From Methanocellales archaeon (GTDB lineage: Archaea > Halobacteriota > UBA148 > JAUWXC01), in NCBI GenBank assembly GCA_030610945.1, contig JAUWQV010000001.1:124246-188245 (forward strand): 64,000 nucleotides of DNA. Direction: 5' to 3'. Below the pieces are notes generated by a model. The model had not been told where the DNA came from. It ran no database searches and saw only the letters and a list, made by a program, of their open reading frames with translations. Position 1 is the first letter of the stretch. Each line of letters opens with the position of its first letter. The translations under genes and the position numbers were made by a program. Below are positions 40,164 to 46,436 of the stretch, one piece after another.

Positions 40164-41047
40164 AGACGATGGTTACGGGGTGCAACGGGTTTATCGGCAC
40201 CCATCTGGTCAGGCGATTGTTGAATGAAGGCTTTCGGGTGAGAGGATACGACCTAAAGAAATCGTCGATCACTGACCCCAATTTTGAATTTATCCAGGGC
40301 GACATACTTGATATGGAAAAACTACGCGAAAGCATGGATGGGTGCGAAAGCGTGTTTCACCTCGCAGCCCAGACCACCGTCCCAGAATCAACTTCGGACC
40401 CATACCACGACTTCAAGACAAATGCAGAGGGCACCTTCAACGTGCTTCTTGCAGCAAAAGAATTAGGCGCTAAAGTCATCTATACGTCCACCTCCACGGT
40501 GTACGGGCTTGCAGACACGCCAACCAACGAATCGCACCCGCTAAAGCCAATCTCGTTCTATGGCGCATCCAAGGCGGCAGGCGACCTGTACTGCTTTGCA
40601 TTTCACCATACCTTTGAGGCGGATACGGTCATACTCAGATTGTACAATGTATATGGTCCGGGCAACGGCAAGGGCGTGATGTATGACTTGTTCAAGAAGC
40701 TGGAGCGTGATTCCTCGCACTTAGAGGTTATCGGAACCGGACTGCAGAGGAAGGATTACGTCTATATCGATGATGTAATCGATGCATTTCTAATCACCTA
40801 TGAAAAAGGAGCATCTGGCGAGGCGTATAACGTCGGCAGCGGCGTCTCCGTGACCGTAAACGAAATTGTGAAAAATATCCTTGATATTTTGCAATTGAAC
40901 CCAGAGATCACGTATACCGGTCAATCCTGGGAGGGGGATGTCGAGTCTGCCCTGGCTGATATTTCCAGGTTTAAAAGTCTGGGATGGCGCCCAAAGGTCA
41001 GCATAGAGGATGGTATTAGAAGGACGTATGAGTGGCTTAAAGATTAG
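40160..41047 (+). CDS. NAD-dependent epimerase/dehydratase (UDP-glucose 4-epimerase-like)
   Basis: VTGCNGFIGTHL Rossmann motif and YGASK catalytic YxxxK; 295 aa. Confidence 0.85.
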   Translation: MKTMVTGCNGFIGTHLVRRLLNEGFRVRGYDLKKSSITDPNFEFIQGDILDMEKLRESMDGCESVFHLAAQTTVPESTSDPYHDFKTNAEGTFNVLLAAKELGAKVIYTSTSTVYGLADTPTNESHPLKPISFYGASKAAGDLYCFAFHHTFEADTVILRLYNVYGPGNGKGVMYDLFKKLERDSSHLEVIGTGLQRKDYVYIDDVIDAFLITYEKGASGEAYNVGSGVSVTVNEIVKNILDILQLNPEITYTGQSWEGDVESALADISRFKSLGWRPKVSIEDGIRRTYEWLKD

Positions 41048-41595
41048 CGATCTCTGCTCATTTGCTCTGCTTCCTCTAAAACCCTACCGTAAACCGTTAT
41101 GTCAATTCTAAAGCCAGAGTCAATCAATTTTTTAAGCAAAACTTTAAATTCACTAAGATCGACTATCCCCTTCTTTAAAGCCTCCAAAAGAACTCCTAAC
41201 GTTCCAGTAAAAGTAAGTCCGAGAAATTCAGCGGCAATTCTTGCTCTCTTGTCATCTAGAATAATCAAATCGGCTTTTTTCTCCATGTTGAAACCCTGCA
41301 GGTTACAACTCTCCCAGACATCCGTCTGGGAAATAGCCAAAAGCAGTGCATGTTCTTCCCCTTTATGGATGTTCAAATCGCTTAAATTTTTGTTATGTAT
41401 GTGAACCTCTTCGGTTTTTATAAATCCTCTCTTGAGAAAATCGGTGACCTCTTCAGGAAAATCTGCTTTCTTTGCTACGATCTCTTTAAAAGCTGCCCTT
41501 GGTATGTGAATTTCTCCATAAAGTAATTTAAGCAGGTCAAGCCTTTTTATCTTCGAAAGAAAAATTAATGGAGAGGCATTAGATACTACTAGCAC
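41044..41595 (-). CDS. DUF3368-family PIN-like putative toxin, carrying a 17-aa in-frame insertion
   Basis: NASPLIFLSKIKRLDLL...IP N-terminus, GEEHA...ILDDKRAR core. The 17 extra residues (ISQTDVWESCNLQGFNM) are absent from the paralog at 42132-42632. Confidence 0.65.
   Translation of the reverse strand: MLVVSNASPLIFLSKIKRLDLLKLLYGEIHIPRAAFKEIVAKKADFPEEVTDFLKRGFIKTEEVHIHNKNLSDLNIHKGEEHALLLAISQTDVWESCNLQGFNMEKKADLIILDDKRARIAAEFLGLTFTGTLGVLLEALKKGIVDLSEFKVLLKKLIDSGFRIDITVYGRVLEEAEQMSRDR
41284..41334 (-). repeat. 51-bp double-hairpin element, copy 1 (inside DUF3368 CDS)
   Basis: Minus-strand reading: ATT-TCCCAGAC-GGAT-GTCTGGGA-GA-GTTGTAACC-TGCAG-GGTTTCAAC-ATG. It shares exact 16-mer, 10-mer and 7-mer blocks in the same order with 43263-43313. 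Confidence 0.75.
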
Positions 41596-41912
41596 TTTTT
41601 AATCCTCTTCAGATCTTTTTCAAGTTCTTGCAGGTCGTAGTTTATGGTCATCCCCTTTGAGGATAAAATTTCAATCATTTCCCACAGGTTACGTTCTGCT
41701 ATCTCTGCTGCTTTCCACAGGGAGACTTTGCCTTCTTTGTATAGGTCCAATGCATGATCAACCTTGTATTCCTGCAAGGCTTTGTGAATGAGTTTTCTGA
41801 TAAAGGTTGCCTTGTCTAGGTGCTCTTTTTTTGTGAACTCTTCTATTTCTTTCACGTCCTCAGGGAAGAGGCGCGTGGATACGGTTATAGCCTTGGTCGC
41901 CATTTTTATCAC
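41589..41912 (-). CDS. UPF0175-family antitoxin
   Basis: DLYKEGKVSLWKAAEIAERNLWEMIEILSSKG is typical of UPF0175. 7-nt overlap with the DUF3368 gene. Confidence 0.65.
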   Translation of the reverse strand: MIKMATKAITVSTRLFPEDVKEIEEFTKKEHLDKATFIRKLIHKALQEYKVDHALDLYKEGKVSLWKAAEIAERNLWEMIEILSSKGMTINYDLQELEKDLKRIKKC

Positions 41913-42131
41913 GTCTGCATTTTAATTAAATGTAAACATCTTATTTAAGACTTTTGATAAGAGAGATTTGGAAAAATTCTGCAAAACATATTTTTATTCC
42001 CAAGATTCTCGCTCGTTCTGAGACTCCTCCCAGAGATCGTAAAATTTTTGGGAATTCACCATAAAAGCACGGTTAGATTGTTTCCAACAGACAAACATAG
42101 ATTAGAAGTTGAGGTTTTAGAGTAGTCAATA

Positions 42132-42632
42132 CTACCGTCCAAGTTCATGTAGGATGCCAAGTAGGACCAAGAAATTAGGATCGCCAGACTTGAACAGCTT
42201 TTTTAACATGTCCTCTGCCTCATCACTGGTTACAAGATGTTTCTTTAACCCCCATAATGGGAGATAACAAACAGAAACACACCTAAGCCCGACCTTTGAT
42301 GCTGTGCTAATTGCGAGTTTATCGTCCAATAAAACCTCTGGTAAATCCAACTGAAGTGCCAGCGCAATGGCTGCACACTCCCCCCTCCCCAACCGTTCCC
42401 TTCTAAGAAATGATCTAAAGTACCTCATTCCGATGTCGTTCAGCTCTTTTCTCTCGATAAACTCCTCTTGTTCCAAAAGATGTATTCGCTGAACGTGTCT
42501 TTTCGGCTTTTTATGTTCGTCAAAAACCTCGGTCGGAACATAAATTTTCGAGTATCTCTTCTTTGCGAGCGATATCAGACGTTCGTCTTTAGGCAAATCG
42601 ATGATCATAGATGCGTCGGCGGAGGCTTTCAT
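42132..42632 (-). CDS. DUF3368-family PIN-like putative toxin
   Basis: GRGECAAIALALQLDLPEVLLDDKLA core; 166 aa. Paired with the upstream UPF0175 gene. Confidence 0.6.
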   Translation of the reverse strand: MKASADASMIIDLPKDERLISLAKKRYSKIYVPTEVFDEHKKPKRHVQRIHLLEQEEFIERKELNDIGMRYFRSFLRRERLGRGECAAIALALQLDLPEVLLDDKLAISTASKVGLRCVSVCYLPLWGLKKHLVTSDEAEDMLKKLFKSGDPNFLVLLGILHELGR

Positions 42633-42634
42633 TC

Positions 42635-42952
42635 CTAAACCTCGACGTCAAACTCCTCAAGAAGTAACTTCTTTATGTTTCCGACATCTATTTTTCTGGA
42701 TACTTTTTTGCTTTCGAGAAAATCGATGAAATCCAGTAGCGGTAACTTTGCGAGCTCTGCTGCTTTCTGGATAGATACGTCTCCTTTGTTATACAACTCC
42801 AATGCCAGTTCTTTTCTTTTCTCCTCGATTCCCATCTCGAAGATTTCTCTGATAACCATTGATTTGCCCTTTCTCTCCAATTTCCCCAGCTCATCAAGCT
42901 CTACCACAAAGTTTTTGTGGACCCTAAAGCCGACATACTCGGTTTTCGCCAT
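42635..42952 (-). CDS. UPF0175-family antitoxin
   Basis: LELYNKGDVSIQKAAELAKLPLLDFIDFLESKK. Confidence 0.65.
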   Translation of the reverse strand: MAKTEYVGFRVHKNFVVELDELGKLERKGKSMVIREIFEMGIEEKRKELALELYNKGDVSIQKAAELAKLPLLDFIDFLESKKVSRKIDVGNIKKLLLEEFDVEV

Positions 42953-43016
42953 TCAAATCACATGAAAACATTGTTGTCATATAATTTAAAGCTATCGCCA
43001 AAACTGTGATCCACTT

Positions 43017-43337
43017 CTAAAACAATTTCGAAAAATCGTTGTAAACATTTTTTCTATATCCAACAAACAGGATGACTACTCGCTGATTTTCCTTATCTAC
43101 TTCATAAATTGCCCTGTAATCGCCTATCCTCAGGACACAAAAGTTAGAGTATTTTAAATGTTTGCCCTTTTCGCCTGGAAACTCTTCGAGTTCCTTAATT
43201 TTGTTTTTTATCCTCTCTCTTGTTTGCTTGTCCAGTTTTTCTAAAAATTCTTTTGCTTTTGGATGTTGAAACGCCAAAGGCGTTACAACTCTCCCAGATG
43301 TTCCATCTGGGATATGAAGGAGGACCCCGAACTTCAT
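43017..43337 (-). CDS. relE: RelE/ParE-family toxin carrying a 17-aa in-frame N-terminal insertion
   Basis: KEFLEKLDKQTRERIKNKIKELEE...LRIGDYRAIYEVDKENQRVVILFVGYRKNVY. Residues 9-25 (IPDGTSGRVVTPLAFQH) are encoded by the 51-bp element. Confidence 0.75.
   Translation of the reverse strand: MKFGVLLHIPDGTSGRVVTPLAFQHPKAKEFLEKLDKQTRERIKNKIKELEEFPGEKGKHLKYSNFCVLRIGDYRAIYEVDKENQRVVILFVGYRKNVYNDFSKLF
43263..43313 (-). repeat. 51-bp double-hairpin element, copy 2 (inside relE CDS)
   Basis: Minus-strand reading: A-TCCCAGATG-GAA-CATCTGGGA-GA-GTTGTAACGCC-TTT-GGCGTTTCAAC-AT. It is translated in a different frame from copy 1. Confidence 0.75.
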
Positions 43338-43565
43338 TTAAAGTTCCTCTAATGGAGCGAGAATTTCCGGTTTTTCTCTTGCTTCTTCACTTCTTTCTAC
43401 AAGCATCTTGTAAAACTGGCGGGTCCTTTCTCTCTCCTCATAGAGGGTTATTATGGTTTTGATGGCGTCACTTCTGCTTTTAAATTTGCCTTCGGCAACC
43501 CACCGATCTATTTCCTTAACGGTTTCATCCGGAACTCTTAATTGGACCTGGACCATTGTCCTCAC
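43338..43565 (-). CDS. Ribbon-helix-helix (CopG-type) antitoxin
   Basis: VQLRVPDETVKEIDRWVAEGKFKSRSDAIKTII is an RHH pattern. The stop abuts the relE start. Confidence 0.65.
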   Translation of the reverse strand: MRTMVQVQLRVPDETVKEIDRWVAEGKFKSRSDAIKTIITLYEERERTRQFYKMLVERSEEAREKPEILAPLEEL

Positions 43566-43566
43566 C

Positions 43567-43586
43567 TGTAAACATTATTGTTTACA
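43567..43586. promoter_or_regulatory. Perfect inverted repeat TGTAAACA-TTAT-TGTTTACA, candidate operator of the RHH-relE module
   Basis: 8-4-8 palindrome starting 2 nt upstream of the RHH antitoxin start codon. Confidence 0.4.
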
Positions 43587-43679
43587 AATTACTTAAATAC
43601 TTCGTCCCCCCTTTTGTTTTACTTTTATAATCGTAAAGTATTTAAATACGTAGTACTATTTAAAAAAGTGGGAGGAATA

Positions 43680-43916
43680 ATGGAGACAGCAAAGGTGAGC
43701 ACTAAATATCAGATAGTCGTGCCAAAAAAGGTTAGAGACATGATGGGCATAGAAAAAGAGGACATTTTGCTCTTTAAGATAGAGGATAGTGGGGTTAAAC
43801 TGGAAAAGTTTGATGAACTGCTGAAAAAGCATGTTGGAACGGTTAAACTGAAGAAGGGGTTCAAGGTTCTGAGAAGAGAGTTCAATGAAGAAATGGCACA
43901 AGAGGCGGTAAAGTGA
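43680..43916 (+). CDS. vapB: AbrB/SpoVT-family antitoxin VapB
   Basis: KVSTKYQIVVPKKVRDMMGI. GGAGGA lies 4 nt upstream of the ATG at 43680. Confidence 0.8.
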   Translation: METAKVSTKYQIVVPKKVRDMMGIEKEDILLFKIEDSGVKLEKFDELLKKHVGTVKLKKGFKVLRREFNEEMAQEAVK

Positions 43917-44311
43917 AGGTCTTGATAGACACATCAATTTTCATGTCTATATTTGCCAGGGATGTACATACTGCTAAGTCGGTCAAGCTCTTCAAAGATG
44001 TCCTTGAGAAACACGAAGGCTTTTTCTGCAGCATGACCATAAACGAGTTGATATGGGTGTTAAAAAAGTCAGATTATGATGCCAAGTTTATCCGTGAAAA
44101 GATAGAGTTCATCTTCTCTTCTCCACTAAAATTTCTCGCTACCGATGAAGGCATTTTCATTGTCTCGGTTGAACAAATGGAAAAATACGGACTATCATAC
44201 GGCGATAGTCAGATAATTACTCAAGCAATCGTTAACGGTCTAGACGGCATAGCCAGCTTTGACAAGGATTTTGATATGGTTAAAGAGATGCCCAGAATTG
44301 AGACGATTTAG
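43913..44311 (+). CDS. vapC: PIN-domain toxin VapC
   Basis: VLIDTSIF, YGDSQIITQA and SFDKDFD acidic motifs. 4-nt overlap with vapB. Confidence 0.8.
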   Translation: MKVLIDTSIFMSIFARDVHTAKSVKLFKDVLEKHEGFFCSMTINELIWVLKKSDYDAKFIREKIEFIFSSPLKFLATDEGIFIVSVEQMEKYGLSYGDSQIITQAIVNGLDGIASFDKDFDMVKEMPRIETI

Positions 44312-44387
44312 TCGCAAATTCATATCGTTAACTTTTGTAGGTTATCGCTTAAACGAAGTATATACAATCGTTCATAAAATGTAGACT

Positions 44388-44603
44388 TTAAATTTTTTTA
44401 TCAAGTAATTCTAACAATTGCCACGCTCGTATTATTTTTATATGTTCAAATTCTTCCAGATCGAGGAGATGCCTATCACCGGAGATGATATAATCGGCAT
44501 CTGCTTCGATAGCACCAGCTTCTGCTCTTCTTATTATTTCAGATTCATTACCATCCCAAAAAGTCGCAGAAATCAGAACATTAGTATCGAGGATGGTCTT
44601 CAT
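44388..44603 (-). pseudogene. Internally deleted PIN-domain toxin (71 aa)
   Basis: The N-terminal ILDTNVLISA is joined almost directly to the C-terminal ADYIISGDRHLLDL. About 60 residues of a normal ~135-aa PIN toxin appear to be missing. Confidence 0.5.
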
Positions 44604-44607
44604 CCCT

Positions 44608-44871
44608 CTACCTCTTTTTTCTGACTTCGTGGATCATTGTATCTACATCGTCCCTTGATATCCCCAGTTCCTTGGCCCTCTTTCTTATCGGTTTTACAAT
44701 TTCATCGAAAGTCCTTTCTATTACCGTTCTTTCTATCTTTTTAAAAATCACAGTGTTGTCTTTGCCGAAAACAAAGAACTGATCCCCGCTTCGGATCCCG
44801 AGCTCGCGTCTGATAGCGCCCGGAATCACCACTTGACCTTTTGGAGAGATTTTAGTCGTTTTGACTTCCAT
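44608..44871 (-). CDS. AbrB/SpoVT-family antitoxin
   Basis: ISPKGQVVIPGAIRRELGIRSGD; 87 aa. Lies upstream of the truncated PIN. Confidence 0.75.
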   Translation of the reverse strand: MEVKTTKISPKGQVVIPGAIRRELGIRSGDQFFVFGKDNTVIFKKIERTVIERTFDEIVKPIRKRAKELGISRDDVDTMIHEVRKKR

Positions 44872-44882
44872 GGTATCACCAT

Positions 44883-44898
44883 GTAAAATATGTTTTAC
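44883..44898. promoter_or_regulatory. Inverted repeat GTAAAA-TATG-TTTTAC upstream of the AbrB antitoxin gene
   Basis: Lies 12 nt upstream of the start codon at 44871. Short and AT-rich, so weak. Confidence 0.25.
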
Positions 44899-44936
44899 TT
44901 ATTCTTAAGACTTATGGATGAAAAACAGTAATATAT

Positions 44937-45158
44937 TCACAGCTCGCCAAGCAAATCTTCAACAGAAGTAATTTCCCTAACCCGACCTACTTTAATATCC
45001 CGGTCGCTTTTACGGAGTGCTTCCATCGTTTTCGGATTAGTGATAATTTCAACTGAATCAATGAGTGCTTCGATGTCTTCTCGCGTAGCCATCTTCTCTT
45101 CCATCCTCTTTAGCTCTTGATATAATATATGATATATATCTTCAATTGTAACGGTCAT
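44937..45158 (-). CDS. Putative antitoxin (RelB/Phd-like), orphan copy
   Basis: 73 aa. Paralog of 46024-46239, with DNA similarity extending into the upstream region. No toxin gene follows it. Confidence 0.45.
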   Translation of the reverse strand: MTVTIEDIYHILYQELKRMEEKMATREDIEALIDSVEIITNPKTMEALRKSDRDIKVGRVREITSVEDLLGEL

Positions 45159-45312
45159 GTTCTTTCATCAGATTCATGTCCATAATAAGCATTTCGATTT
45201 GCATAATAAGTTCCTGGCGGCGTTGGTCCAAACCAAAAAGTTATAAATCAGTTAGACATTTATGCAAGCAAGCTTCTGACAGGTCGGATTTAATACTAAT
45301 GAGGATCAACAC

Positions 45313-45612
45313 ATGCTTGACTACATCAGAAATTTGATCAAACGTAGGGACTACGTAGTTAAATTACATACAAGAAAACGGATGATAGAAAGAAAGATTA
45401 AGATAGGTGAAGTTAAAGAGGCTATAGCAAACGGCGAGATAATAGAAGAATATCTTGACGACAAGCCGTTGCCAAGTTATCTGATATATGGGAAAACGCT
45501 AAAGGACCGGCCGATTCATGTTGTGGTCGGTGTCGATGAAGACGTAATCGCAATAATAACAGTATATGAACCAGAGTCCGAAAAATGGATTGGTTATAAG
45601 AGGAGGAGATGA
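45313..45612 (+). CDS. DUF4258-family putative toxin
   Basis: HTRKRMIERKIKIGEVKEAIANGEIIEEYLDDKPLPSYLIYG...PIHVVVG...IITVYEP is a strong DUF4258 pattern. Confidence 0.7.
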   Translation: MLDYIRNLIKRRDYVVKLHTRKRMIERKIKIGEVKEAIANGEIIEEYLDDKPLPSYLIYGKTLKDRPIHVVVGVDEDVIAIITVYEPESEKWIGYKRRR

Positions 45613-45863
45613 AAATGCCCAGACTGAAAATTTGTCCAGATTGCGGGGGGAAAATGCAGAAGGGGAGGACAAAATTCATAACAGAATCTGATGAAGTTTT
45701 GATAGCAATAGAAAATCTGCCAGCTGATATTTGCATCCAGTGTGGTGCAGAATATCTTTCAGCAGATGTCGATGAGTACATCGAAACGGTTGTTGATAAG
45801 GTGGTTGCAAAGAAGATCAAGCCACATCGAGAATTGGTCTACCGAGCTGTGGTCAGTGCATAA
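45609..45863 (+). CDS. YgiT-type zinc-finger protein (putative antitoxin)
   Basis: CPDCGG...CIQCGAEY two-CxxC pattern. 4-nt overlap with the DUF4258 gene. Confidence 0.7.
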   Translation: MKMPRLKICPDCGGKMQKGRTKFITESDEVLIAIENLPADICIQCGAEYLSADVDEYIETVVDKVVAKKIKPHRELVYRAVVSA

Positions 45864-46027
45864 CGCAGTAACTCACCGGAAAGCCAGCCACCTTTACATG
45901 CAATGGGTCTTTCTGTAAACCGTTTGATTTTCTTGTCAAGTTCCTCAAGGGCTTTCTTATTCTTTCTGATGATTTTGAGGGACTCAAGAAAAGTATCTGT
46001 TCGCTTGACTGTCCAAGTCATGTTCAC
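45839..46027 (-). pseudogene. 3'-truncated RelE/ParE-like toxin (62 aa)
   Basis: The RelE-like N-terminal half (FLESLKIIRKNKKALEELDKKIKRFTERP...LSGEL) is present, but the C-terminal beta-sheet (RxGDYR...) is missing. The last 25 nt overlap the convergent YgiT gene. Confidence 0.45.
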
Positions 46028-46239
46028 AGCTCGTCAAGCAAATCTTTAACAGAAGTAACTTCCCTAACCCGACCTGCTTTAACATCCCGGTCGCTTTTAC
46101 GGAGTGCTTCCATCGTTTTTGGATTGCTAAGAATTTCAACTGAGTCAATGAGTGCTTCGATGTCTTCTCGCGTAACCATCTTCTCTTCCATCCTCTTTAG
46201 CCCTTGGTATACGTCTTCAATTGTAACTAAACCAGTCAT
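46024..46239 (-). CDS. Putative antitoxin (RelB/Phd-like)
   Basis: 71 aa. 4-nt overlap with the truncated RelE-like ORF. Paralog of 44937-45158. Confidence 0.5.
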   Translation of the reverse strand: MTGLVTIEDVYQGLKRMEEKMVTREDIEALIDSVEILSNPKTMEALRKSDRDVKAGRVREVTSVKDLLDEL

Positions 46240-46393
46240 ATTCTTTCATTTAGATTCGTGCCCATATAATCATTTCGACCCACATATTAGTAATCTTGGG
46301 TATTAACAACGCACGATATATGCCTAGTGCTGATTCCTTGTCAGTCTTTTTTACTTGTAACATAAAAAAGCCAAAAAGGATAAAAAATAGAGA

Positions 46394-46414
46394 AGAAGGG
46401 GATTAGCCCCTTCT
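46394..46414 (-). terminator. Stem-loop followed by a T-run, downstream of the 402-aa surface protein gene
   Basis: AGAAGGGG-ATTAG-CCCCTTCT (8-bp stem) lies 23 nt past the stop and is followed on the minus strand by CTCTATTTTTTAT. Confidence 0.55.
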
Positions 46415-46436
46415 TAGCCATATTTTCAGCTTATTT

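Noticed and set aside
42041-42060. 13-nt match (GTGAATTCCCAAA) between this intergenic region (reverse strand) and 50947-50959
   Set aside because: Exact 13-mers are expected many times by chance in 64 kb on two strands, and there is no extended flanking similarity.
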